In this document: positions 32,947 through 42,581 of the stretch, one piece after another
Layout: every line of letters starts with the position of its first letter
Position numbering within the stretch: position 1 is the first letter of the stretch
Source of the DNA: an uncultured Arcobacteraceae bacterium
Lineage (GTDB): Bacteria > Campylobacterota > Campylobacteria > Campylobacterales > Arcobacteraceae
Length of the DNA stretch: 64,000 bases
Assembly: GCA_964022095.1 (NCBI GenBank)
Contig: CAXHZO010000001.1
Coordinates: 192,001-256,000 of the forward strand
Direction: 5' to 3'
Position numbers and translations under genes: made by a program
The notes under the pieces: generated by a model
Database searches by the model: none
Told to the model about the DNA's origin: nothing
The model's input: only the letters and a program-made list of their open reading frames with translations

Positions 32947-32973
32947 TTAGCACTCTAATTTTCTAAGTGCTAA
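32947..32973. promoter_or_regulatory. CIRCE element (HrcA operator)
   Basis: TTAGCACTC-N9-AAGTGCTAA, one mismatch to TTAGCACTC-N9-GAGTGCTAA, upstream of groES. Confidence 0.92.
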
Positions 32974-33002
32974 ATTTTATAAAATTTTTAATTAATTGTC
33001 AA
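32974..33002 (-). promoter_or_regulatory. groESL sigma70 promoter
   Basis: TTGACA(33002-32997)-N17-TAAAAT(32979-32974). Confidence 0.85.
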
Positions 33003-33006
33003 GAGA

Positions 33007-33027
33007 TTTGAGTTAAATCGACTAAGA
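33007..33027. promoter_or_regulatory. HAIR-like element (HspR operator)
   Basis: TTTGAGT-N7-ACTAAGA versus consensus CTTGAGT-N7-ACTCAAG, directly upstream of the groESL -35. Confidence 0.6.
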
Positions 33028-33041
33028 GTATATCAAAAGTT

Positions 33042-33902
33042 TTATTTATGTCTATTAATGTACTTTAATAATAGTTCTTCTAAAGAGTTTTTTAGATTAT
33101 TATCTAGTGTATTTAATGTATCTTCACATTTTTTTGCTAATTTATCTGCACTTTTCATTGCACCATCTAGTCCAAGTAAATTTACAAATGAATTTTTCGC
33201 TTCATCATTTTGAGTAGTTTTACCAGCTTCTTCTTCACTTTGTGTTTCATCAATAATATCATCTTGAATTTGGAACAATAATCCTAGATCAATTCCAAAA
33301 TCATAAAGCTTATTTTGAGTATCTAAATCATACTCACTTATTATTGCACCCATTTTAAGGCTGGCTGCTATTAATCTTGCAGTTTTATGAATATGTAAAA
33401 ATTCTAATTGATTAAGCTCTAATCTTTGGTTTTCAAAGAAACAATCAATTGCTTGACCAATAATCATTCCATCAATTCCACCATTACTACTTAGACATTT
33501 AATTAGTTCAATTTTTATATCATTATGAAGTGATGCATTTGATATTAGATTAAAAGCTTCAGTATTTAAAGCATCTCCAACTAAGATTGCAGTTACTTCA
33601 TCATATTTTTTATGAATCGTTTTAAAACCTCTTCTTAAATCAGCATCATCCATTGAAGGCAAATCATCATGCACAAGAGAATAAGTATGTAAAAACTCTA
33701 TTCCTAAAGCTACAGACATTGCATTTGGTATCAATAATGATTTGTTTGATTTTATAACTGATAGTAAAAGCATAGGTCTAAATCTTTTTCCACCAGCTTT
33801 TAACATTTCACCCAAAGCTTCTTCAAAATATGGGTGAAAAGATTTAGATTTTGGTAAGTTATTTAATAAATAGTTTTCAAATTCTTCTAGTAGTTTTTTC
33901 AT
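33042..33902 (-). CDS. ispA: Geranyltranstransferase / FPP synthase
   Basis: GGKRFRP, SLVHDDLPSMDDADLRRG, GQAID, HKTA, FQIQDD. Confidence 0.93.
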   Translation of the reverse strand: MKKLLEEFENYLLNNLPKSKSFHPYFEEALGEMLKAGGKRFRPMLLLSVIKSNKSLLIPNAMSVALGIEFLHTYSLVHDDLPSMDDADLRRGFKTIHKKYDEVTAILVGDALNTEAFNLISNASLHNDIKIELIKCLSSNGGIDGMIIGQAIDCFFENQRLELNQLEFLHIHKTARLIAASLKMGAIISEYDLDTQNKLYDFGIDLGLLFQIQDDIIDETQSEEEAGKTTQNDEAKNSFVNLLGLDGAMKSADKLAKKCEDTLNTLDNNLKNSLEELLLKYINRHK

Positions 33903-33905
33903 TTA

Positions 33906-34226
33906 TTACTTTTGACCAAATGAACCAAGACCACCCATCATGTTCATTGCCATCATCTTTTTGTTTTCATCGCTTTGTTTTATCACGTCATTCATTGCTG
34001 AAATTAATAAAATCTGTAAAGAGTCTTTATCTTCTAAAAGAGAATCATCAATTTGTAAATCTACAACTTCTGAATTTCCATTAATAGAGATTTCTACCAT
34101 TCCACCACCAGCTTTAGAAGTAAATAGTTTACTTGAATTTTCTTCTTTCTGGTTTTCAGCCATCTCTTGAAATTGACCCATCATTTTATTTAAATCTAAA
34201 TTCTTTAAATCTATTCCATCAAACAT
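33906..34226 (-). CDS. ybaB: YbaB/EbfC nucleoid-associated protein
   Basis: AGGGMV.I..NG...[14 protein letters not shown]. Confidence 0.9.
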   Translation of the reverse strand: MFDGIDLKNLDLNKMMGQFQEMAENQKEENSSKLFTSKAGGGMVEISINGNSEVVDLQIDDSLLEDKDSLQILLISAMNDVIKQSDENKKMMAMNMMGGLGSFGQK

Positions 34227-34602
34227 GATCACTCCCTACTAATTCATTTGTGATTAAATCTATATTGTTTTTATCGTCAACTAATACTACTGTTGGTTTA
34301 TAATCTTCAAGTTCAGATTCATCATATGAAGCATATGAGATAACAATGATCTTATCACCTATCTCAACTTTTCTAGCAGCAGCACCATTTAGACACATAT
34401 CTTTTGTTCCAGGTTCACCTTTGATAACATATGTTTGGAATCTCTCACCATTATTAATATTTACAATATCAACTTTTTGTCCTACTCTTAAATTTGCAGC
34501 TTGCATAAGCTCATAATCAATCGTTATTGATCCTACATAATTAAGATTTGCATCTGTTACTGTTGCTCTATGAATTTTGCTATATAGCATATCAAATGTC
34601 AT
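34219..34602 (-). CDS. panD: Aspartate 1-decarboxylase
   Basis: [33 protein letters not shown]. Confidence 0.98.
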   Translation of the reverse strand: MTFDMLYSKIHRATVTDANLNYVGSITIDYELMQAANLRVGQKVDIVNINNGERFQTYVIKGEPGTKDMCLNGAAARKVEIGDKIIVISYASYDESELEDYKPTVVLVDDKNNIDLITNELVGSDHV

Positions 34603-34619
34603 ATACTTAAGTCCTTTTT

Positions 34620-34982
34620 TTAACTTCCTAAATTAACCGGTTCTCCCCAGTATTGTGAAGGCATTAAATACTCTTCTACTGGGTTTCCACCTAATATATG
34701 TTCTTCTACAATCTTATCTATTTTATCCTTAGATAATTGAGCATACATATAATGTCCTGGTTCTACTAACATTACTGGACCCATCTGACATCTACCTAAA
34801 CAAGAAGTTCTAACTACTTGTACAGGTCCCATTAATCCTTTTTGCATCAATGATTGCGCTGTGTGATTAAATAAATCTCTTGTCTGCTCACTTACACATG
34901 AGGGCTTTGGCATTCCAGGAGGAGATGCTTGCTCACATTTAAATATATAAAATGTTGGCTGAGGGATTGATGGCATATCCAT
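34620..34982 (-). CDS. Thioredoxin-like [2Fe-2S] ferredoxin
   Basis: IFKC-x12-C ... [10 protein letters not shown]...V.P...Y...I.EEHI.GG.PV. Confidence 0.88.
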   Translation of the reverse strand: MDMPSIPQPTFYIFKCEQASPPGMPKPSCVSEQTRDLFNHTAQSLMQKGLMGPVQVVRTSCLGRCQMGPVMLVEPGHYMYAQLSKDKIDKIVEEHILGGNPVEEYLMPSQYWGEPVNLGS

Positions 34983-35128
34983 TATAAGTCCTTTTTTTAA
35001 CCATTCTTAATAAAAATCTTTGAATTTTAACACTTTTTTTTTAAACTTTACTAAAAAAGATTTTTTAATTTATTTTTAAACCTATTATACTATACTTTTT
35101 GCACTATATTTAAATTAAAAGGTAAGAA

Positions 35129-35662
35129 ATGAAAAAGATTTTGTTTTTTATTTGTACTTTTATGTTACTTTTAGAAGCTTCAAATCCTATAGCAGTAATG
35201 AAAACTACAAAGGGTTCTATTGAAATAGAACTTAGACCAGATATGGCTCCAAAAGCTGTAGAAAACTTTATCACACATTCAAAAAATGGATACTATGATG
35301 GATTAATTTTCCATAGAATAATAAAAGACTTTATGCTACAAGGTGGAGACCCTACAGGAACAGGTAGAGGTGGTGAATCAATTTGGGGTGAACCATTTGA
35401 AGATGAGTTCTCACCTAATGCAGTATTTGATAAACCAGGAATCCTTGCAATGGCAAACTCTGGACGAAACACAAATGGTAGTCAATTTTTTATTACTACA
35501 GTTGCAACATATTGGTTAAATGGTAGACATACAATTTTTGGATATGTTAAAAATGGAATGGATACAGTTAAATCTTTAGAAAATGTACCTACATCAGGAA
35601 GATATGGTGGAGATAAACCATTAGCTGAACAAAAGATTTTATCAATAACTATAAAAGAGTAA
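35129..35662 (+). CDS. Cyclophilin-type peptidyl-prolyl isomerase (signal peptide)
   Basis: APKAVENF, FHRII..FM.QGGDP, LAMANSG.NTNGSQFFIT, HTIFG. Confidence 0.95.
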   Translation: MKKILFFICTFMLLLEASNPIAVMKTTKGSIEIELRPDMAPKAVENFITHSKNGYYDGLIFHRIIKDFMLQGGDPTGTGRGGESIWGEPFEDEFSPNAVFDKPGILAMANSGRNTNGSQFFITTVATYWLNGRHTIFGYVKNGMDTVKSLENVPTSGRYGGDKPLAEQKILSITIKE

Positions 35663-35673
35663 TCATTTTTTGA

Positions 35674-37023
35674 TTACTCGAAAATCTTTCCTAAAAACTT
35701 TTCATCTGCAACATTAATAATCTTCTTTTCTAAACTTTCTAATTTTTTAGATTCTTCTATAGCTTTTTCTTTCCAGTAAGAAAGTTTTTCTACAAGTACT
35801 TCATCATTTTGTAAAGTATCAAGTTTTTCATTTAATTTTTCAATTGTATCTTTGTATTCATTTTCAATTAGTTCATGTTGTAATTCAATATTTAAAATCT
35901 CTTTTTCATTTACTTCTCTTAAATAATTAATTTTTTCATTTAATCTTTTAACTTGTATTTTTAAATCTGAATTCTTTTTTGTTAGTTTAAAACTATTTGT
36001 ATGTGTTTCATGTTTTTTAAATAAGCCTAATTCTAGTTTTAAATTCTTAATTTCAATTTGACTTTTTTGGGCATTATGCATATATTTATCAATACTATTT
36101 AAAGCTTTATTTAGATCTTCTTGAGCTTTTTTTAGTTGTGAAGTTAAGTCATTTATTTTTAAAGTCAGTTCCAAACTACCTTCTTGACTTCTTTTAAAAA
36201 TATCACTTTTATCCCGCATTAAAGCAAGTTGTATCTCTCTTTTTTTATTTTGTTCTTCAGTTATATCTTTTTGAATAGAGATTGTTCCTACAATTTGTTT
36301 GTTATCATCTACTTGAGTTATCATATAACAATCAGTTGTATAAGAGCCTCCATTGTTTTTTATATTTTTTAAAGTTCCACTCCAAGGCACATTATTTAAT
36401 ACATCAGCATATAAAGAAATATAAATATCATCAGACATATCTTTATGTTTTAAATCTTTGAAATCTTTACCTATAAGCTCATCTTTTGAATATCCAGATA
36501 TTTTACAAAATAGCTCATTTACATAAGTGATTTTCATTTTCTTATCAGTTTTGATTACTATATTTGTTGAGTCAATAACCTCTTTAAATTTACTAAGCTC
36601 TTTAATATTTAAATCTAATAAAGTACTTTGATAAAGCGTTTTTGCTATTTTTGAAACTTTTTCTATTAAGACTCTAATATCAACTGGTTTGATAATATAT
36701 TCATCAATTTTAAGCTTTATTGCCTCTAATAAAAACTCATTATCTGAAAATGCTGTAGTTAATATTACGGGGATATCTTTATTTGTTTTTCTAACTTCTT
36801 TAATCATATCTATACCGTTTAATGAGGGCATATTAATATCAGAGATTATGATATCGATCTCTTCACTAAAAAAAAGATCTAATCCTTCAAGGCCATCTTT
36901 TGCGATATATACATTATTAAAAAAGTTTAGTAAAAGTTTTGATAGTTCTGTTCTTACTACATTATCATCTTCGACATATAGCAAGTTGATTTTTTTAAGA
37001 ATCTCTTTGTTACTAGTTTTCAT
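35674..37023 (-). CDS. REC-PAS protein with long C-terminal coiled coil
   Basis: LLYVEDD/ISDINMP receiver, PAS/PAC, heptad-rich C-terminus with no enzymatic motif. Confidence 0.85.
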   Translation of the reverse strand: MKTSNKEILKKINLLYVEDDNVVRTELSKLLLNFFNNVYIAKDGLEGLDLFFSEEIDIIISDINMPSLNGIDMIKEVRKTNKDIPVILTTAFSDNEFLLEAIKLKIDEYIIKPVDIRVLIEKVSKIAKTLYQSTLLDLNIKELSKFKEVIDSTNIVIKTDKKMKITYVNELFCKISGYSKDELIGKDFKDLKHKDMSDDIYISLYADVLNNVPWSGTLKNIKNNGGSYTTDCYMITQVDDNKQIVGTISIQKDITEEQNKKREIQLALMRDKSDIFKRSQEGSLELTLKINDLTSQLKKAQEDLNKALNSIDKYMHNAQKSQIEIKNLKLELGLFKKHETHTNSFKLTKKNSDLKIQVKRLNEKINYLREVNEKEILNIELQHELIENEYKDTIEKLNEKLDTLQNDEVLVEKLSYWKEKAIEESKKLESLEKKIINVADEKFLGKIFE

Positions 37024-37029
37024 AAAAAA

Positions 37030-37419
37030 CTACTTGATTTTCATATTAACAATGATATCTATAAAATTAATAAAATCAAAAGGTTTAAGTAAATATTCAG
37101 CTACTCCATACTCTTTTGCTCTTTGAATATACTCTTCTTCTGTATGAGCAGACATAATTATAGTAGGTAATTGTTTACCTTCTTCATTTAACTTTTTAAT
37201 CATCTCTAAGCCATTCATGTGAGGCATATTAATGTCAGTTATTAAAGCATCGATATCTGGATTTTCATCTAAAACTTTAAGTGCTTCAACACCATTTGAT
37301 GCAGTTAAATAATTTATTTCTAATTTAGATAGTGCGTCGCAGATAATATTAAGTAATTCCTCTTCATCCTCTACAAACAATAATTTTAATTTTCTTAACT
37401 GCTCAATCTTCTCTTGCAT
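37030..37419 (-). CDS. Single-domain response regulator
   Basis: LFVEDE, ITDINMP.MNG, MSAH, LKP. Confidence 0.9.
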   Translation of the reverse strand: MQEKIEQLRKLKLLFVEDEEELLNIICDALSKLEINYLTASNGVEALKVLDENPDIDALITDINMPHMNGLEMIKKLNEEGKQLPTIIMSAHTEEEYIQRAKEYGVAEYLLKPFDFINFIDIIVNMKIK

Positions 37420-37423
37420 TTTC

Positions 37424-37906
37424 CTACCTATCTAATAGTTCTTCTTTTGCTACTACTTTTTCGATGTCCATTACAACTAACATTTCATTATTATCTAACC
37501 TAACAAAACCTTTTAGGTATTTAGCAGGAATTGCTGAACCCATTTCTGAAACAGGAGCTAAGTTACTTGTATCTAATCTTTGTACATCATCTACTAAATC
37601 AACAACTACTCCTAGCATTCTGCTATCTTCTGTAATTACTGCAATTACTGATGTATTTTCATTATAAATAGCAGGTCCAGTTTTAAATTTAGTTCTTATA
37701 TCTAAAATTGGTACTACTTCACCTCTTAGATTGATTAGCCCTTTTACCCATTGTGATGTGTTAGGCAAAGTTGTAATGTTGTCAGGGTATGTCAAGATTT
37801 CTCTAATTTTAGGTAATTCAATTGCATACTTCATAGCACCTAATTCAAAAGTCATATATTCACTTGTATTAGCCCAGTCAATTACTTGTTCTTCGTTATT
37901 TTCCAT
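37424..37906 (-). CDS. cheW: Chemotaxis coupling protein CheW
   Basis: YMTF.LG..YAI....IREI, KGLINLRGEVVPILD, GVVVD.V.DV. Confidence 0.93.
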   Translation of the reverse strand: MENNEEQVIDWANTSEYMTFELGAMKYAIELPKIREILTYPDNITTLPNTSQWVKGLINLRGEVVPILDIRTKFKTGPAIYNENTSVIAVITEDSRMLGVVVDLVDDVQRLDTSNLAPVSEMGSAIPAKYLKGFVRLDNNEMLVVMDIEKVVAKEELLDR

Positions 37907-37998
37907 AGAGTTTTCCTTTTAGCTTATACCAAAATTTATTTTTACGGTTCAACTTTTTTTGTAAACTTGTATTATTTTACCTTTTGTAAACTTAAAAT

Positions 37999-39252
37999 TT
38001 ATTGTTTTTTTAGATTATTTACAAGGCAAGTAGCAATATATTTTGGAGTTTGAAGTTCTATTTCATCACCAATACTAATTGTTTCCAAAGAAATTATTTT
38101 ATTTTCTTTGGAAATTTGGACAAATCCATTTTTGTCTTTTTTATCAGGATGATTCATTTGATAATTTGATTTTAATAAATCAATTTGAGATTGTGACTTA
38201 TTTAAAATAGAAGAAATTGAGTTTTTATAACTTGTATTATATAAATTTAATTCATTTTGAGAACTGTTAATTTTCTGTAATAAATCAGTTTTAAAAGATG
38301 ATTTTAACATCTTAATTTCAGATTGAATATATTCAAATTTACTTTCAATTGAGTTTTGAACAAACAATCTTCTTAGATTTTCTACTTCTTGCTGTTTAGA
38401 TAAGATTATATTTTTAAATCTATTTTGATACTCAGTTGAAACTGAATCTAAATACATTCTATGTTCATTTATATCTGGAAGTGCAATTTCAACTGCATTT
38501 GATGGAGTAGCTGCTCTAATATCTGCTACAAAGTCGCTTATTAAGTAATCAACTTCATGTCCCACTGCTGAAATAATTGGAGTAGTTGCTTCATAAATTG
38601 CATTTGCAACAATCTCTTCATTAAAAGCCCAAAGATCTTCAATACTTCCCCCGCCTCGGCCTACTATCATGACATCACAATTTAGTTTATCTGCATATCT
38701 TATAGAGTTTGAAATATCAAAAGCTGAACCTTCTCCTTGCACTAATGTTGGAATTAAAATAAACTCCACTAATGGCCATCTATGATGAGCTACTTTTTTC
38801 ATATCTTCAATAGCAGCACCTGTTGAAGAAGTAACTAAAGCAATTTTTTTAGGATATTTTGGAAGTTGTTTTTTTATTTCAGGATTAAAGTATCCTTTAG
38901 AATCAAGTTTTTCTTTTAATTGTTCAAAAGCAAGGGCTAATGCTCCTTTTCCTGATGGCTCAATTTTATTACATAGAAGTTGATAATTTCCCCTTGGTGC
39001 ATAAACTGTAATATTTCCAGTAATTACAATTTTTTGTCCTACTTCAAGTTGAAATTTCAAATACTTTGCATTACCTCTAAACATTACACATGAGATTGTA
39101 GAGTTTTGATCTTTTATTGAAAAATAAATATGACCTGAATTGTGATAAGTTAAATTTGAAACTTCACCTTCAACATAAACTTGAATAAAAGTAGTTTCTA
39201 AAAGTGATTTTATTTGTGTATTTAATGTAGTTACACTTAATGGTGAATTCAA
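37999..39252 (-). CDS. xseA: Exodeoxyribonuclease VII large subunit
   Basis: GEVSN...SGHIYF, TS.TGAA, GRGGGSIEDLW.FN, SAVGHE.D, A.TPS. Confidence 0.97.
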   Translation of the reverse strand: MNSPLSVTTLNTQIKSLLETTFIQVYVEGEVSNLTYHNSGHIYFSIKDQNSTISCVMFRGNAKYLKFQLEVGQKIVITGNITVYAPRGNYQLLCNKIEPSGKGALALAFEQLKEKLDSKGYFNPEIKKQLPKYPKKIALVTSSTGAAIEDMKKVAHHRWPLVEFILIPTLVQGEGSAFDISNSIRYADKLNCDVMIVGRGGGSIEDLWAFNEEIVANAIYEATTPIISAVGHEVDYLISDFVADIRAATPSNAVEIALPDINEHRMYLDSVSTEYQNRFKNIILSKQQEVENLRRLFVQNSIESKFEYIQSEIKMLKSSFKTDLLQKINSSQNELNLYNTSYKNSISSILNKSQSQIDLLKSNYQMNHPDKKDKNGFVQISKENKIISLETISIGDEIELQTPKYIATCLVNNLKKQ

Positions 39253-39277
39253 AATTGTTTCCTAAAAAGCAAGAAAA

Positions 39278-39988
39278 TTATATTTTTCTTGCAATTATTA
39301 GTGTAGAGATATTCATAGAAAATGCTTTTACATGAACTGGTTCAAGGCCTGCATTTTTAAGTTCACTACATAAGTTTTCAGTTGTTAAAAACTCATCAAT
39401 AGAGTTTGGAAGATACGTATATGCTTCTTTATTTTTTGAAATCATCCCACCTAATGTAGGAAGAATTTTATTCATATAAAAATCAGTTACATGATCTAGT
39501 AACTTCTCTTTTTTATTTTTTGTAAACTCATTAATTACTACAAGTCCATCTTTTTTTAAAACCCTTGCAAACTCATGAAAGGCCTCTTGTCTTTGAACAA
39601 CATTTCTAATACCATAAGAAATAGATATTACATCAGAGCTATCACTATCAAGAGGCATATCTGCAGCTCCTGCTTCAATAAATTTAACATGAGGAAGTTT
39701 TTTCTTCCCAACATCCATCATCCCAACACTTGGATCAACTCCAACAATGTTATTTAATTTAATACTATTTTCTTTTGCAACTTTTTCCCAGTAAATAATC
39801 ATATCACCAGTACCACAAGCAACATCAACAATTTTTTCTATATCTTTTTTTCCATATAGTTCAAATGCTTTGTTACAAGCTTTATTTCTCCATGATTTAT
39901 CAATACCCATTGATAAAACTCTATTTGCTACATCATATGTTCCTGCAATATCATTGAACATTGATACTATTTTTTCTTGTTTACCCAT
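39278..39988 (-). CDS. ubiE: Demethylmenaquinone methyltransferase UbiE/MenG
   Basis: MF..IA..YD..N..LS.G.D..WR, DVACGTGD, YGIRNV, AY.YL..SI. Confidence 0.93.
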   Translation of the reverse strand: MGKQEKIVSMFNDIAGTYDVANRVLSMGIDKSWRNKACNKAFELYGKKDIEKIVDVACGTGDMIIYWEKVAKENSIKLNNIVGVDPSVGMMDVGKKKLPHVKFIEAGAADMPLDSDSSDVISISYGIRNVVQRQEAFHEFARVLKKDGLVVINEFTKNKKEKLLDHVTDFYMNKILPTLGGMISKNKEAYTYLPNSIDEFLTTENLCSELKNAGLEPVHVKAFSMNISTLIIARKI

Positions 39989-40005
39989 TTAATTTCATTC
40001 CTAAA

Positions 40006-40254
40006 TTATAAAAAATATTTACCTATTAATAAACCTAAAATAAAACCTATATTAACAGCAACAGCGATTGCCATATAAGAAACTTTTTTATTTGCTTCTG
40101 GGATTTTATAAATTAAATCTTCTTGATGTCGTAAAGTCTCTTCAAAATTCTTTGTTGACTTTTCAACATTATTTACTACTTTTTTCAGTGCAATTTCTGA
40201 AAATTCCATTCGTTCAACAAGCTCTTTTGCTTGCTTAAAACTCATATCACTCAT
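40006..40254 (-). CDS. Small coiled-coil protein with C-terminal TM anchor
   Basis: 82 aa; ATGA overlap with the upstream ATPase gene. Confidence 0.7.
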   Translation of the reverse strand: MSDMSFKQAKELVERMEFSEIALKKVVNNVEKSTKNFEETLRHQEDLIYKIPEANKKVSYMAIAVAVNIGFILGLLIGKYFL

Positions 40255-41045
40255 TTTTTAATTTCAATCCACTTGTCTAAATCACAAAAAATTCTATTAA
40301 GTGTATTAATCACATAATCTTTTGCTTCAGTTTGAATTCTTCTAAAGAAAAGATATTTTCTAGCACTTTCAATATCACCAAGTTCTTTTGCCCTCATAGC
40401 TTTTGCAGCAAAATCACTATTATTATAAGCCATTTCCCAAACTGTACTTCCTAAGTATCTACTCATAGTAATTACTTTGTCATTTTTAACTGGAAAATAT
40501 TTTGGATTTTTAACAAAATCACAAATTACCGAGTTTGAATCTAAGTATTTATGTCCAAAGAAATTAATAAATTGTTCTTTATAATAATCCTCTTCCATAG
40601 AGATCGATCTATTTAATGCAAATATCATATTCTCTTGAGGATTTTTTTCAATTTTTTTAATTTTTTTCATTGTTGCAATTGCATTTTTTCCATCAAGTTC
40701 ACCGTCACCTAAAGGAATAATCCATTTTACATTTCCAAATGAACCTACTTTCTTAATCTCATCAAGTACAAGTGATGATGTTTTATTTCCACCAACATCA
40801 ACAATAACTTCATGATTATCATCCATTAAGATTAATTCATCAAGTTCGTTTAACCTGTTAGTTCCTAACATTCTTTTATTACAAATTTCTGTTCTAGTAA
40901 AAGATTGAGAATCATTGTTTTCATCATCAATTTCAATATATGTAACTTTTTTCCCATGTTTTTTATACAAGTATGGAGCAATAACTTGCATAGCAACTGT
41001 AGATTTACCTACACCACCTTTTGTCTGTGGAATTATAATCATCAA
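40251..41045 (-). CDS. ParA/MinD-like deviant Walker A ATPase
   Basis: TKGGVGKST, IEIDDEN, VIVDVGG. Confidence 0.75.
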   Translation of the reverse strand: MMIIIPQTKGGVGKSTVAMQVIAPYLYKKHGKKVTYIEIDDENNDSQSFTRTEICNKRMLGTNRLNELDELILMDDNHEVIVDVGGNKTSSLVLDEIKKVGSFGNVKWIIPLGDGELDGKNAIATMKKIKKIEKNPQENMIFALNRSISMEEDYYKEQFINFFGHKYLDSNSVICDFVKNPKYFPVKNDKVITMSRYLGSTVWEMAYNNSDFAAKAMRAKELGDIESARKYLFFRRIQTEAKDYVINTLNRIFCDLDKWIEIKK

Positions 41046-41690
41046 TTAGCCCTTTGGATTTTGTTTCATAAACTCAACAATTTTGCCGTGAAATCTGCAA
41101 TAAAGCTTATTTAGAGAGATTTCATAACCATATAGTTTGGATATTTTATCGTAATTTTCATTAATTCCATATACTATCCATGTCTGTATATCGTCATATG
41201 AATCAAACTCATATCCAAATCTACTCAATAGTTTTGCGGTATATTTATCAACAACCATATACTCTTGTTTGCATCCATAACACAAAATTGCATCTGCTGT
41301 TTCAGGACCAATTCCTTTTTGATTTAAAAGCCAATTTCTTGAGACATTTTTACAAAAGTTTTCAAAATCATAAAACTCTTCAATTATGTTTTTACAAATT
41401 TGTTTTATTCTACTAGCTTTTTGATTTTTAAAGCCACTTGGAGTAATAGCTTGAATTAGTATGCCAATATCTATTTCAATTAGTTTTTCTAAAGATAGAA
41501 GATTTAACTTTCTTAGATTTTCTAATGATTTTTCTACATTTACCCATTTTGTATTTTGAGTTAAAATTGCACCTAAAAATATTTCAAAATCACAATTATT
41601 TGGCCACCAAAACTCTGGTGTTTCCTCAATAAGATTTTGCTCTTTTAAAAACGTTAATAGCTCAAAAGAGTTAGAAATATTACTCAACAA
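41046..41690 (-). CDS. HhH-GPD DNA glycosylase (3-methyladenine glycosylase III type)
   Basis: WWP, GAILTQNT.W, KGIG.ETADAIL, VVD.Y, FHG.IVE. Confidence 0.9.
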   Translation of the reverse strand: MLSNISNSFELLTFLKEQNLIEETPEFWWPNNCDFEIFLGAILTQNTKWVNVEKSLENLRKLNLLSLEKLIEIDIGILIQAITPSGFKNQKASRIKQICKNIIEEFYDFENFCKNVSRNWLLNQKGIGPETADAILCYGCKQEYMVVDKYTAKLLSRFGYEFDSYDDIQTWIVYGINENYDKISKLYGYEISLNKLYCRFHGKIVEFMKQNPKG

Positions 41691-42504
41691 AAGCCTCTGT
41701 GATTATATGTTCTGCTTTGTTACAATATTTTTTTATCTTAAAAGCATTTGTTGCTTTTCCCTCAGTTATATCTACAACCATCATTTGTAAAATTGATTTA
41801 CAATTATTTGGTACTTCAAAATGTCCACCAATTCCAGTTGTTGCTTTTTGAATAGGAATTTTTCCATCCATTCCAATAACATTATCTCTACAACCAGTTA
41901 ATCCAATATCAGTTAAATATGCAGTGTTTTCAAAGATTTGTAAATCATCAGTACTTACATGAGTATGTGTTCCACAAATAGCACTTACTTGATTTTTAAA
42001 CATCATTAACATAACTCTTTTTTCACTTGTAGCTTCACCATGAAAATCTATAAAGATATTTTTAACATCCTCTTCATGAAGTTTTGCAACAACTTTTTTA
42101 GCCCAGTTAAATGGATTTTCAACTGTAGGCATAGAAAACTGTCCCATCAAGTTTACAATGGCAAGTTTTTCTACACTATCGCCACTAGTTACCTCAGCGA
42201 TTTTCACTCCACTTCCAACTAATCCTTCTGGATAATTATCAGGTCTTAAAACATTTGAATTTTCAAGTAAAACCATCATGTCTTTTTTCTTATCAAAGCT
42301 ATGATTTCCACCAGTTATTACATCAATACCCATTTTAAATAAATCAGAACTATTTGTAATTGTTAATCCGAATCCATGGCTTGCATTTTCAGCATTTGCT
42401 ATTACAAAATCAATATTGTATTGTTCTTTTATTTTTGATAAATTATCTTTTATGATTTTTCGGCCTGGTCGACCAACGATGTCACCAATGAATGCTATTC
42501 TCAA
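41680..42504 (-). CDS. YmdB/TIGR00282 metallophosphoesterase
   Basis: GDIVG.PGR, N.EN..HG.G, T.GNH, DFH.EATSEK, GTHTHV. Confidence 0.95.
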   Translation of the reverse strand: MRIAFIGDIVGRPGRKIIKDNLSKIKEQYNIDFVIANAENASHGFGLTITNSSDLFKMGIDVITGGNHSFDKKKDMMVLLENSNVLRPDNYPEGLVGSGVKIAEVTSGDSVEKLAIVNLMGQFSMPTVENPFNWAKKVVAKLHEEDVKNIFIDFHGEATSEKRVMLMMFKNQVSAICGTHTHVSTDDLQIFENTAYLTDIGLTGCRDNVIGMDGKIPIQKATTGIGGHFEVPNNCKSILQMMVVDITEGKATNAFKIKKYCNKAEHIITEAFVE

Positions 42505-42581
42505 TAGTTGTCCTTAAAAAATGCCCTTTAAAAAATAAGGACTTAAATATTTTGGAATTTTAGCAGTTGTATGGTTATGAC

